Program-made: the position numbers and the translations under genes | In this document: positions 14,070 through 27,354 of the stretch, one piece after another | How the letters are laid out: every line of letters starts with the position of its first letter | Position numbering within the stretch: the stretch's first letter is position 1 | DNA from: Octopus sinensis | Lineage: Eukaryota | DNA: 64,000 nt | NCBI RefSeq assembly: GCF_006345805.1 | Contig: NC_043004.1 | Span: 47,306,001 to 47,370,000, forward strand | Direction: 5' to 3' | The notes under the pieces: generated by a model | Databases searched by the model: none | Told to the model about the DNA's origin: nothing | The model's input: only the letters and a program-made list of their open reading frames with translations

Positions 14070-15560
14070 TATTCAACTAAGAGTATGCTCGTCGGAAAAG
14101 TCATTATGATATTGGAAAGAAACATGTAATTCATCCACTTCGCGACCATATTCCTTGAAAGACACCAGCAGAATTCTAATCGTTGTTAGATTATATACTT
14201 GTCTGAGTTTCTGTATTCCTTTCTCAGCAAGGTTGTTTAATATTTTCCCTCTCCCTTTTTTGGGGTTCATCTGTTGCTACTGCTACTGCTGTAGTAGCTT
14301 TCGGTAGAGGTTTACTGCTGCTGGTGGGGGTGGTAATCCGGCTGATGGTAGTGGTATTCCGGCTGCTAGTGCTGGTACACCGGCTGCTAGTGCTGGTACA
14401 CCGGCTGCTAGTGTCTTAGTTGTTGGTGTTGGTGGTGCCATGGTGACAGCTGGAGACGCCGTCGTTGTTGCTGGTGGTGATGGTGTTGATGTTGGTGATG
14501 CGGCGACCACTGGTTCCTGCTGCTGCTGTATCTGCTGTTGTTGCTGTTACTATACTGGATGTGGCTCCGGCACCGGTGTTGTTTGTAGCGGCCGATGTAC
14601 CTCTTTGTATATGGGGCAGTCAACCTTGAGGTGTTGATCATTTCTACAGAAGTTGCACCTTGGCACCCTGCCCGCCGCAGGCAAGAATAGTCTGGTGCCG
14701 TTAGACAGGTTTATCGGGCCACGTATTAAATTCCTTGTTCAATTTGAACAAGGAGCTCCAACCCGACCCATTTTGCTGATGCAACTTATGCACCTCCAGT
14801 ATTGTGGCGGTGTCAAATAGGACAGCCGCCAGCAGCCAACATATATTTATTTCAGGGGGCACCTTCCCAATTTTAATTTTGGTAACGCGCCGTTTGCAGG
14901 GACACCGTGGAATGTTCTCTTGCCCCCTGCTCCATTGAAATACTCTGTTCCACAGCTCCGAAGCGTTTTCTTCTTGTCACATACATTTTGTTGGTTCAAA
15001 CAGGTTTCAAGGCCATGTCCAATTGTTGTTGGGTAGCTCGGTCTACCCTTTTCTTCTTTATATTTAAAATTCTGTAGATTACTGTTTTTCGATTTATCAA
15101 ATCTTGAGGGTTGTTAATGAAGACATTGTTTACTTCCCTCTTTTGCATTTTTTTTTTTTCATCAGTCGTTAAATTTATTATTTCTTTAGCTTGTTTCGCT
15201 GCCGAGAGAAAACCATTACTGCTTGATTTGTTGCTGTTCATGTTTGTGGTAGTGGTGCTGGTGGTGGCAGTATCATTCTTTCCTTCTTTCCTCTCCTCCT
15301 CCTTTTTCTGTGCTGGAAAAATAGTGGTGTTGAGGGCGGGGAAGTCCTTGTCGAATTCGCTGTTCAACCTCTCGCTCACACTTCCTCACTCAGTCACTAC
15401 CACTGTTGATATTTTAGGGGCTTTGATTTTCAACAAAAAATAGCTCCCTAGGCGGGCAGCTAGCTTGCAACAACAATTACAGAATAAAAATAAAATTTTA
15501 ACACATTGGGACAACAAAATTTTAAACAGCTTCTGGATCTCCAGAACGTGTGATTTACGG
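14070..15560 (-). mobile_element. ORF1 (gag-like) of a Tx1/L1-like element with no recognisable ORF2 downstream
   Basis: Intact knuckle CNFCRNDQHLKVDC (CX2CX4HX4C) at ~14617-14658, followed by a Pro/Thr/Ala-rich tract. Nucleotide similarity of ~14730-14850 to ~19260-19395 (ttgttcaatttgaacaag, tttg.tgatgcaa.ttatgcacctccagtatt, ggacagccgccagcagcca). Confidence 0.75.
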
Positions 15561-15574
15561 CCAAAAGCAACAAA

Positions 15575-18500
15575 TAATAATTCGTTTATTGGCCACAAGG
15601 GCTCATATAAAATTACATGAAAAGACATAGATAAAAGACAAGATATAATAAAAGAAGGTATTTACAACGTATAAACAATATAAATAACAATTAAAATTAA
15701 GCAATTTAAAACTCTCATTAGTGGAGACGTTCTAAAGGACGTCGTGGACAAACCGAAACAAGCTACGGATGCCTGAACAACAAAGTAAGAGTCCTTTGAT
15801 TCCCTTTTTACAGATGCACGTTCAGAATTGGTCCTTTCACACTGGCCATTCTTGCAACGTTCACCTACCTTTCAACAAACTTGATACAAGGCAACACTTC
15901 CCTCTCCATACTCAACTTCCTTTTCAAGTTAAACCTGACAGAAAAAGTCGATGAATGCATGGCCAAAGAGGAAAGTGCCTGTTTTTCGCCCTTTCAAACG
16001 TATCCACCATAATACCACTTTCGCTACAGCAACTAGACAAATAAAAATTGCCTGCTCCTCTCGACCAAAAATGGGTGGCTGGGCAATCTTCACAATGGAT
16101 TCAGATGATAGTCAGATCTGTATCATAGGCGACAGCAGGTGTTCGACATAAACCCACAGGTCAGATACTCAGTCACAGGACTAGGGCGTGCAAAATGGTT
16201 TCAGCGTTCTGGGCGCACCTCGGGCAGGCCCAGCTGACAGCACATCCCTGCCTGGAAAGTTTAATTCTAACAGGCAGCGCCCCTCAGTAGCAATGCCAGT
16301 CAATGGTTTTCTGGAAGTCCCAAGACCGAAAGTTCTCTGAAACAGATCGGTTAGTTGATCTTCATCGACACCCAGAGTTTCCCCGAGGACGTTGTCGCAC
16401 TTTCCCTCCACTATCCCTCTATAGAACGCTAGAGAGAACTACCACCGACCGCAATGCCCGCCTGGAGGAGTGCTGTGAGCGCTTCAGGGCACTCGAGGTG
16501 CCAAGCGCCCCTCCTCGGCATACGCCTAATCCAGGATTGCAGCTCAGTCAAAGTGACGAGCTGTGGAAAAGCGTGTCTTACAAACGGTGACCACACCTGC
16601 TTACCGTCAAGGAAACGCTGCAGATGCCGCAACCTCAGCACATGTCAGCGCATCAGTGACCACGGCATACTCAGCCTCCATTAAGTGGCTGTTGAAACTG
16701 AAACTAAACCAGCTACCCTGAGGACAGCTGTCAAATATTGATGGTCGACCCTATCAAAAGCTTTACATTGATTTAAATTTATCAAAGCCCCACACATGCG
16801 AGCTTTGTTACCCACCCTCTCAATGAATCTTCAACTCTCCATTGACTTGAGTGATGGGTCTGAAATTCATTATAACGCCGCCCCCCCCCTTGTTTGGGTC
16901 CTTTCTCAGCAGTGGCTCTACACCTCGACAGAAATAAGTAGGAATTCTCCCATGTTGATGCCAGTTGCAGTAGACATTTGCTAAGAGACCCGCAAACTAG
17001 TCTGGCATCGACGCATAAAACTCGTAGGGTAGATCATCCAAATCCGGTGCAACGCCTCATTGCTTCCTTTATTTCCGCGGTTGTTATCGGCCTTTCGTAG
17101 CACCCCGGTCCGTTCGCCGAGAGTCGTGGCAGGCCGTCCAGAAAACACACCGAATTCTGCCCTTTTATCCGTCCTACTATTCCTCACCAACAGTCGAGTA
17201 AAGTGCCTCTGAAAAGCCGCACGCATCTGTTTCGTCTCGAACACCATGCATCCGCTCTGGTCCACCAAAGACCGAACGGTGGCTTTATTGCCACTTTTCG
17301 CCTCCGCCACGCGGGTCCATCGTGACAATTTCGTTCTCTCTCCGCTTAGTAAACGTATCTTAGCTTTGACAATGCATCCTTCGTGTTTGGCGTCGAAATA
17401 GTAGTTGAGGTCCAATCTGGCCGCCAACACGTCAGTTGCGATGCCTCTCATAAGCGCCTAATCTAACTTTCTAACTAAATCTCTCTCTATTCCATTTCTT
17501 TCTGCCGCTAATGCCTTGCTAAACTTAACCGATTCTAATCTAATTGCTGTTTGAAGAGCAAATCACCAGCTGTTGTTGAAGATTGCACCCGTCAACGCCC
17601 GCTTAACTAAGTTGCTAATCCGGTTTCTATAAGCTTGTCATGCTGGTAACGACGTGATCAGCTTCCAGTAACCAGGACCATGTCTATGAAGCCAATCTAA
17701 GTCGACCGTACTGATCCCAAATTTGTGGTCAGTGTATCTGACCTTGTGAATTTGTGGACACCCTATATTATCCTTATCCGCTGGCCTACAAAATACCCTC
17801 TCAAGATACGATCTAGATGACCCGATACAGTTTGTCCAAGTCCACATTGGCACATTCGAGTAATCTAGTCGGTACCTGTCACACAATGGAAAACGTGCTA
17901 GCATGTTTTTGAGGCTTTTGCAGCCCCTCTCCTATCTCATTCGCCCATGCATTTAAAATGTCCATACGAGACATCGTTCCAATCCCCTACTAATCCTAAA
18001 AACCGAGACGTTCCCAGGAAAACCTCCAGACGCTTGAGGTAATCAGATCACCCTGCCCCTGTCGGAGCATAGGCGGCCACCAGTCTCAAAGCACCGCGGT
18101 CACTACTGTTCACATTTAGTTCCACCAACATTCCAGGAAGACTGCCTTTATTTTCAAATCCAGACCCTTGCGGGAAAACACCGCAGTACCAACACCGACG
18201 TAGATAGGTAGTTCTCGTATCCACCGAAAAAGGTGATCAGGGCCCTGATGGCTGCAACATCTACACTAAGGGACCTCAGGTCATTTAAAAGGGGACCTTG
18301 TTTCCAAGGCGACCCGAGGCCACTGACATTTACACAGCCTATTCTGATCATGACCATTGTAAAAATAAATTTAGAGAAGAGCTCTACTTGCCATCGTATG
18401 GCAGTATTGTCACCTTGGTCTTTGTTGTGGACGTTTCCACGAGATTTTTTTCAATCTTTTGGAGAAAGTCTTTGGGAAAGACCCAACAGCATTTGGAGAG

Positions 18501-19890
18501 TTTAGTTTCAAATGTATGTTTCTTGTTGCATTTAAAATCTGTATGTATCTTCCATTGTGGTGCCTGGGTCTTTATGGGGTCTGTGTTGTCGGTTTCCATG
18601 GCTGTAAGGTTGGTGGTGTTTGTGCTGCTGCCGTTGTTGTTGTTGTGTGCATTGCTGCTGATGGGAATTTCCTCCCCTCTGCAGCCCCCCCTCTTTACTT
18701 CCACTGTTGTTTTTTTTTTTCTTTTTTGGGAGGGGGACAGTTTGCCACTTCCCCTTCTCGATTTCAATGCTCAAACAGTCCCAGTAGTTTTGATCGGAAA
18801 GGGAGATATTCTTTGGCTGTTCATTTTGGGGAGTGTCCATATGTTGTTGTTGTTGTTGTTGTTAGAGGTGGTGGTACTGCGGATGTTGTCGGTGGTACTC
18901 CGGCTGGTAGCTGTGGTGGTACACCGACTGATATTGTTGTTGGTGGTGGTGCTCCGACCGGCTGTGCCACTTCGGCTGTTTGCGGCACTCCGGCTGGTGG
19001 TGTCATTCCCTCCAGTGTTGGTGTTGGTAGTACCCTGGTGACTGTTGGAGGCGGCGTCGCAGTTGCTGAGTGTGATGGCATTGCTCTCTGCTGCTGCTGC
19101 ACTGGAGGTGACCCGCTTCTACTGTCAGTTGCGGGTAGTCGACCTTCAGGTGCTGGTCGCTCCCACAAAACTAGCATTTCGGACGCCTGCGCTCCACGGC
19201 TACGGGCAGTCCCGTACCGTCTGATATATTTATGGTGTCAGGGATAGAGTTTATGGCCTCTTGTTCAATTTGAACAAGAAGCTCTAATCCCTGAGCCGCC
19301 CAGTTTTGTTGATGCAATTTATGCACCTCCAGTATTCTGGCACTATCCTCTATATCATAGAGGACAGCCGCCAGCAGCCAGCATACATTTATTTCGTTAG
19401 TATCGCCGCCGAGGCGGACCCGTTGCCGCTTTGTTTGTTATTGTTTTTCTTGTTCGATTCTTCCTTTTCGTTAATGTTTATTCTGTCCATGTCGGTGGTG
19501 ACGTTGGCGGTGGTCTTTTTTTTTTTTTTGGCTTACCATTTTCATTTTCCTTGTTAGTGCTGTTGCTGTTAGTGATGTTCGTACTTGTGCTGTTCAGAAG
19601 CAGGAACTCTTCACAGTACTGTTCGTCAGAACAGCCACTACCACTCCCCTCGACAGAAGAAGCCATGTTGGTTTTTTTTGGTTTTTTTTTTCGTCAAACG
19701 GAAAGCAAGAAATATTGTAAATGAACAAAAAGTCCAAAACTCGTCCCGAATAGGGGGAAATTTTCAACAAAAGAACCCCTTCTGCACACCAAAAGGGGTT
19801 CGGAAAACAAAACAAACAGTCAATAAACTTGAAGAAATAACAAAAACCAGCGTTACGGAGCTCTGAAAAACGCGTCTTAAATAGCCGCCG
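15575..19890 (-). mobile_element. Decayed two-ORF Tx1/L1-clade LINE (ORF1 gag-like; ORF2 APE-RT-CCHC, internally deleted)
   Basis: ORF1 knuckle C*FCGSDQHLKVDY at ~19135-19180. APE start MIRIGCVNVSGL at 18351, with SYLERVFC and YTDHKF at 17640-17830. RT ALINLNQCKAFDRVDHQYL at ~16730-16790. C-terminal CPRCAQNAETILHALVL* at ~16174-16227. AATAAA at ~15585-15590 is followed by an ATT-like tail. Confidence 0.85.
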
Positions 19891-20909
19891 ACAACAACCA
19901 CAACAACAATAATGATAATAATAATGATACATGGATTTTCTTATAGATTCGATAAATGTTTAACAAAATTCACCAATGTAAATTTGAAGACAGTAAACTT
20001 GAATACAAAGAGTAATATCATGGAAATAAAGAGAGATTTAGAAATAAATAGACAAGACAGACTTTAACATACACTAATAAAATAAAAGGTGAGTAAGAGA
20101 TATTATAGACGCATTCGATTAATTCTTAAAACAGTTAAACGCATAAACTTGCATAATTGCCATCTAGTCTCAAAATGTTGCAGTTCTGTTTTATAGTTTT
20201 AGTATTCTCAACTAGACGTTAAATGAATTAATGACAAGCCAGCCAGCATTACAATACACCACCCGAAATCTGTAAAAGAAATATTATATTTACCACGAAT
20301 ACTGGGAATTAGGTTGTCATATACAAGTATATGCTGTTACAAAATCTTCTCTATAACTAAATAAGTAGTATGTACGAAACAAGCGAAAACTAAAGCAAAC
20401 AAAAACACGAGCAAGTCAAAATATGCATGATTTTTTTTTGTTCTTCTTTTGTAGGAATGTACGAAACTAACAATTACAAAACGTAGGCTGAAGTAATAGA
20501 AAACACAGACAATTGTGGGGTTTTTTTTGGGGGGGGTTCTACTCTAGGTACAAGGTCCGACATTTTTGCGGAGGGAGTCAAGCGAATTGATCGACCCCAG
20601 TACGCAACTGGTATTTAATTTATCGACCTCGAAAGATTATGAAAGCCATAACACTCGCTTGGCCTTCATACTGGTATAAAGGGATGATAATCTCTCTGTT
20701 GTACATCAACTAATACTATATCGCCTGAACAAAAATGAATCAATGAGGGTGATCAACCGGATGTCCACGGGTACTACAGAACACACTGTAATCATCCCAG
20801 GAATACGGACTGTGATTTTAAGTCAATGAACTTGTGCAAACGCGCGTAGCGATGCATTAAATGTTTGTAAATTCCATCTAAGTATTATAATTTTCCTTAT
20901 TATTTGCAT

Positions 20910-20955
<46 letters not shown>

Positions 20956-20964
20956 ATGATTCAG

Positions 20965-21210
20965 ACATGATTGACCGTAGAATTGCACCTGGAAAGTTAC
21001 CCTCCGAGGTTATTTATGGAAAAGCAGCAGTCGCACATGCTTACCAGCCTGCCCTCACCGCGCCATCAATGCTATCTAAGGGAATGACAAAGGCCGATAG
21101 AGCTTGGTACCAGTGACGCCGCAACTTATTTCTACAGATGTGTAAGCTGCACCCACGTGAAATAAAGTGTCTTTCGCAAGAACACAACGCACTTTGTGAG
21201 CCCGACGCCC
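20965..21210 (-). mobile_element. Degenerate SINE fragment
   Basis: The minus strand contains tgcgttgtgttcttgcgaaagacactttatttcacg, matching the body of the SINE at 43875-44125 but with a different tail. Confidence 0.55.
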
Positions 21211-21769
21211 ATCAGTATGTGTGTGTGTATTTTGTGTGTGTGTGTGTGTTTGTTTGTTTGTGTGCGCATGTTTCTGTAAACAAAAGAGAACGGATTGATC
21301 AAACACGCTTTATTTCATAACTCAACAACGGTTTCATTTCCACTTCATAAATTATTGCAGAAATATTATAAAACAATATATCAAATAATACATCGTATCT
21401 GTATTACTTCGACAGTGTTGGTTAAGTCTAAATGCTACACATAATAAGCACTGATGTTTCACGAACTTGCATTTAGGGGAACGATAGGATGCGTGCCTCT
21501 ATCTTTGCAGAAGAAGAAGGAGAGTGGGATTTAGTTAGGAGAGGTGCATGAAAAAAATGGAAGTAACTGAGTGGCTATTCGAGTTCTGACTTTTAGATAT
21601 TTTCGGGTAATATAAGCGTAAATATGCCTTATGAAAGTGAAGGAATGACCTGCTAAAATGCAGGTAAAATGGCTTGGAATTGAGTGAAAACCGTTAACGC
21701 ATCATTCGTGCAGAATATGGTATATGTTCCACAACAACACAAAAAGTAAATGAAATACAATACACTGTA

Positions 21770-22170
21770 GGCGTAGGAGTGGCTCTGTGGTAAGTAGCTT
21801 GCTTACCAACAACATGGTTTCGGGTTCAATCCCACTGCGTGGCACCTTGGGCAAGTGTCTTCTACTATAGCCTCGGGCCGACCAAAGCCTTGTGAGTGGA
21901 TTTGGTAGACGGAAACTGAAAGAAGCCTGTCGTATATATGTATATATGTATGTGTGTGTGTGTGTTTGTGTGTCTGTGTTTGTCACCCCACCATCGCTTG
22001 ACAACCGATGCTGGTGTGTTTACGTCCCCGTCACTTAGCGGTTCGGCAAAAGAGACCGATAGAATAAGTACTGGGTTTACAAAGAATAAGTCCCGGAGTC
22101 GATTTGCTCGACTAAAGGTGGTGCTCCAGCATGGTCAGAGTCAAATGACTGAAACAAGTGAAAAAAAAAA
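21770..22170 (+). mobile_element. tRNA-derived SINE, family A (internal TA/TG microsatellite, hairpin tail)
   Basis: Pol III A-box-like gtggctctgtggtaag and B-box ggttcaatccc; CORE-like ccttgggcaagt; near-identical copies at 31405-31808, 50833-51236 and 63566-63974. Confidence 0.9.
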
Positions 22171-22682
22171 TATACATTAATTACAAGCTCAGAATAAAAT
22201 GAGAGATATAGTTAACACTCACTTCATTTCCGTTCTAAATTACATGTCCTCCAAATAAAGGCGATCGATAGAATGAGTGCCACATATACTCTGGGTCATT
22301 TCAGTAGACTATACCTTTCACCTACAAATATATTGATCTTGCACTGATAAATGAAATTATTAAGAGTCAGCATTACTTTCAAAGAGACTCATGCTTCCGC
22401 ATTTAACCTACAGCATAAAGAAGGACAGACGTCAAGTTGATTTCAATGATGCATTCAGTGCCTTCTGGGAATATAATTGAGCACGCGGAATTAGTGCTGC
22501 GATGCAAAAACAATTTTCCTGTAAACGTACGTATGTACATACAAAGATAGATGCATAGAAAATTAGCTACGCGCTAAAACACACATATATATGTACAGTA
22601 GATTTATGTAGTGGCAAACCTATTTATTCCGTAGTAGCTGTAGGAATTTCATGTTTCCACTTCCCTACATTGAAGCATGCGT

Positions 22683-23205
<523 letters not shown>

Positions 23206-23726
23206 AGTGTGTGCGTGTTCTTGTTTGTGTGTGTAGGTGATGGAGAGAGTGAGAAGTAATTTATATTCGTTCATTCATCATCCACGCCTTATGTTTTTCT
23301 AAAATATTTAATTTTTATTTTCCGTTAGAAACAGCTGGATGTCATCTGTTTCCTTGAACACCAAGTTGGAAATTGATTATGGCTTAAAGGCTACATGACA
23401 GCACACCTGTCTCAGGTATTATGCACACGAACACTTTCGGAATGTATAATATATTTAATATGATTGATTAGGCAGTGTTATGTATTCCATTTTCTTCATA
23501 ATAGATTAATATAGTAATCTGATTAATCGAACAATCGTGGAATTCAAGGTGTAGCTAATGGCATCAGCAGAATAGATATAATTATGCTCTATAACATGAA
23601 TTGAGTACTTTGGCCCTAGAAACACACACCAACACAAGCAGAAACACAGACACAAAAATACGAATAAGAACGCCCAAATACACACACCTGAATATATTTA
23701 TAGAATTGTATGTACATGCATATATT

Positions 23727-24016
23727 GTTTGTTCCTACTCGAGCCATGCCTGGCACATAAGGGCCGGTTTTCCCGGTTTCCTTGGCATATAGGTTTTTCA
23801 CCTGGACGGGACGCCGGTCCGTCGCAGGTGAGCTGCAAGATGCAGGAGGAAAGTTGTGGCGAAAGAGTCAGAAGAGGTTCACCATTACCTTCTGCCGGAG
23901 CCGCGTTGGGCTTAAGAGTTTCCCTCATAAACACACACATCGCCCGGTCTGAGATTCGAACTCACGTTTTTCGACCGCGAGTTCGCTGCTCTAATCACCA
24001 GGCCATGTCCCTCCAC
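23727..24016 (-). mobile_element. tRNA-derived SINE, family C (tail type 3)
   Basis: Reverse complement aligns along its length to 44135-44445. Confidence 0.85.
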
Positions 24017-24044
24017 ACATGCATCCATACATATATATATTTAA

Positions 24045-24156
<112 letters not shown>

Positions 24157-24310
24157 CGGCGCTGTAAACAGCATGGGCGCAGCCCTGAGCTGATACAAAT
24201 AAATGTGTGTGTGTGTGTGTGTCTGTGTGTATGTGTGTGTATGTATGTATGTATATATGTATGTTTGTAAGTATGTATGTATGTATATAGGGAAATAAAT
24301 ATATTTATAG

Positions 24311-24440
24311 AAGGCGGCGAACCAGCAGATTTGTTAGCGCGCCGGTTAAAATGCTTAACGGAATTTCGCCTATCTCCGTGCTCTGAGTTCAAATTCTGTC
24401 GCGGCCGACTTTTCTTTTATCCTTTGAGGGTCGATAAAAG
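24311..24440 (+). mobile_element. SINE family B, 3'-truncated
   Basis: aaggcggcga...ctgagttcaaattc...atcctttgagggtcgataaa matches 32191-32423 and 52851-53082. Confidence 0.8.
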
Positions 24441-25621
24441 ATCAGTCGGCTACAATTTGCAGATGACTTGGTGCTACTCAACAAATCAGAGTTGATCTCC
24501 CATATGTATTTGATAAATTTTCTCCGAAATGCTGCTCGGTAGGAATTATAATCAGTGTTACGAAAACTGGGGCACCCCCACTTCTAAAGTAAGCCACCAC
24601 CATGCCCTCTACATTGGAGTGAGCTCCACTGAAATAGGAGATTTTCAAGTACGTCCGGGGCCATGGAAAGGAGTAGGCTGAATGAAATGTTCTAATTTCA
24701 GGAGCTAGTGAATATAGGTTATGCCCCAGTTTCAACCTTCAGCAATGGGAAGAAGCCACTTAGTCTTCAATTCCGTGTTCGTGGGTATCCTTAATTATGG
24801 TCAGGAATCTTGGTTAATTACATAAAGAATACGATTTCAAATTCAAGTGGCCATGACTATGTTCCTCCGCAGAGTATTTAAAGTCATTTTACCCGATAGA
24901 GGGCGTAAGTAGAAGTACAAAAGGGAGATCCACGCACTGCAGCCACTTCTCCGAATTGAGAGGTCACAGCTAAAAACCGAAATTATTTTCTTGCCAACCC
25001 AGTATATCCAGATGGAAATGGTTCATATGGAAACTGTTGGTAGTATTCATCCAGGAATCGTTTTTCTTCCCTAATGTGTCTTGACATAATATTTTTTAAA
25101 AACTAGAGTCTGTTCAGTTGAACTGATTTTGTTATAATGTCGCAATGTAACACGAGCATAATTTTTGTAAAGGATGGATGGGACGAGGTCCAAGACTTGG
25201 ATGGATTTTTTAAAGATGATGTCAACATCATTTGGGCAATGTTGAAAGACTATTTTCCACACTACACAAGTGGTATAGCATTTACAGCAGAGTTGGAGAG
25301 AGAGGATCATTTCTAAGCTTCTGAAGCCGATCTCAGGAACCAAGACCTGTGTTTGTGTGCGCGGGGGTGGGGGGGAAGAATGTCTGTGTGTGTGTACGAT
25401 CACTGGGGTGTTTCAATTTTAATATGGTATTTCATGTAGAGAGACAATGACAGCAATGTTCGAGGTGAGGACACGTGAAGGTAGAACAGAAAAGCACAAT
25501 GGCAGGATCGATTGCTTCCAGAATGGAAAGTCCAGAGAAAATTCTGGAACGCGCCTTGTTAGTCATGTCAGCTTTTCTGTTTATGTGGCCACTCCCACTT
25601 CAGTTTTGTCAACAATTTCTC

Positions 25622-25978
25622 AGCGGTCCCTAACTGTGCCTGATGCAATGAGGATAGAATGAATAAACTCTATATTTGCCATTCCACCATATTGAGCATT
25701 TCCTTGTGGAACAGCATCCAGACGCACTGTAGTCTTTTATCATGCAAAATTGTAAATACTCAACTGTAAACAGCTGATTTAGGATTTAGGGTTGTCGGAT
25801 TTTCAGATTGTAGAAATCCTAAATCAGCTATTTAAGTTGAGTATTTACAATTTTGCATGATAAAAGACTACATCGCGTCTGGATGCTGTTCCACAAGGAA
25901 GTGCTCAATAAGGTGGAATGGCAAATATAGAGTTTATGCTTTCTATCCTCATTGCATCAGACACAGTTAGGGACCGCT
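25622..25978. repeat. Long foldback: ~165-bp inverted arms (25622-25787 / 25814-25978), 26-nt spacer
   Basis: The arms are reverse complements with scattered mismatches, e.g. agcggtccctaactgtg / cacagttagggaccgct and tgtagtcttttatcatgcaaaattgtaaatactcaact / agttgagtatttacaattttgcatgataaaagactaca. Confidence 0.95.
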
Positions 25979-27002
25979 ATTTAAATATACCCCTTATATC
26001 AATTTTTGTTTTTTTCTCTCTCGAGTCCTAAAGCGTCCACGTCAAAACCTTTGCAGAAGCTTTAGTTGCCATGATACTAGACATGCAAAGTTAGTAATTC
26101 ACTCAAACACAACTTAGATGGCTTCAGGCAAAAGGTCCTCAAACTACACCTCAAACCGTGTTCTCATATGTCGAACCACATCACCATCTCTTCTAAATTT
26201 GAATACTTCTGTCCCACACAGTACCTCCTTATCTACTCAACTTCGAAGCCAATATCATAACAGGAGGTAACATCAACATCATCCTCTACAAGACGGCCAC
26301 TACTTCTAGAAGCGTGCTTCCCCTTATGTTCCTGAAATTATCCTACAACCACAACTACTGCAACTATTGCCTGACTATTGTCGGGAAAGAAAGATTAGAT
26401 TTACAGTTGGCCGTCACAGAGCCTACAGAAAAAATGATGTAAAAGAAATTTACTCAACAACATTAAACTTATGTTTTAATCTACTATCCAGTCTACAGCT
26501 TAGACATGTGTGTCAGAATACCAAATTCAGAGCACCGATACGATAAATGTCACATTGACGGCTCGACTTGTGAAACACTGACGTTTTAGAACCGGAAAAA
26601 GAAAATCTCAGTACATGCTCATTATTATTTAAAGATACTTTGACAGTTGTCAAAGAATTATGTCACAATTGAAGACGAAGACTGTAATAAAGTCATTTAA
26701 TGTTTGAAAGTAGTCACCATACTTAATACGAATTATATACCAACCAACATTATATAACACGAACAGGATGGCATGTACAATGTAGCTTCCTCATCCTAAC
26801 TACTATGTATCAGATCAGAAAAATCCAAGCCATCTTTGTTATGTTGCACAAATTTCCCTTATATTAGTGAACCTTGAAACTTACAGCCGTATTCTCTGCA
26901 ACTTCACGTTTTTCCATTTTGCACAAATACATATACTTAAATAGAAGTCACTTATCTATTCAGTTCATCTGCTCAATTATAATTCTATACATACATATAT
27001 AT

Positions 27003-27305
27003 TTTGTTTTATATTACGACCAGACCATCAGATGTTGCTACACATCGCTGGTCACAATGCGCTTCGCATTGTTTTAGCCTTCAAATGACGCCACCCCACT
27101 GGCTAAGTGAGCAGGCCAACAGAAGAAAGAGAAAAAGTTGTGGCGAAAGAGTACAGCAGGGTTCACCACCACCACCTGCTGGAGCCTTGTGGAGCTTTAG
27201 GTGTTTCCGCTCAATAAACACTCACAACGCCCGGTCTGGGGATCGAAACCGCGATCCTACAACCGCGAGTCCGCTGCCCTAACCACTGGGCCATTGCGCC
27301 TCCAC
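27003..27305 (-). mobile_element. tRNA-derived SINE, family C (tail type 1)
   Basis: The minus strand begins gtggaggcgcaatggcccagtggttagggcagcggactc...gtttcgatcccc (A/B boxes); the head is shared with 27430-27600. Confidence 0.88.
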
Positions 27306-27313
27306 AGTCGCAA

Positions 27314-27351
<38 letters not shown>

Positions 27352-27354
<3 letters not shown>

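Noticed and set aside
14340-14412. 21-bp repeats (ccggctgctagtgctggtaca) as a CRISPR-like array
   Set aside because: Spacerless coding tandem repeat (LAAGVPA) within the LINE ORF1; eukaryotic context.
16174-16176. TGA at the last Cys of the Tx1 CCHC finger as possible selenocysteine
   Set aside because: The element is riddled with stops and frameshifts; a simple TGY>TGA mutation explains it.
21770-21840. tRNA gene-like heads (also at 27430, 43875, 44135, 50833)
   Set aside because: A/B boxes are present, but they continue into repeated SINE bodies and no full cloverleaf is evident.
24480-25400. Possible Gypsy integrase remnant on the minus strand (LPFVLL...DFKYSAEE)
   Set aside because: Only one short, stop-containing resemblance; not supportable without a profile search.
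25435-25872. Candidate solo LTR TGTAG...CTACA overlapping the foldback
   Set aside because: The flanks (ttca / tcgc) give no TSD.
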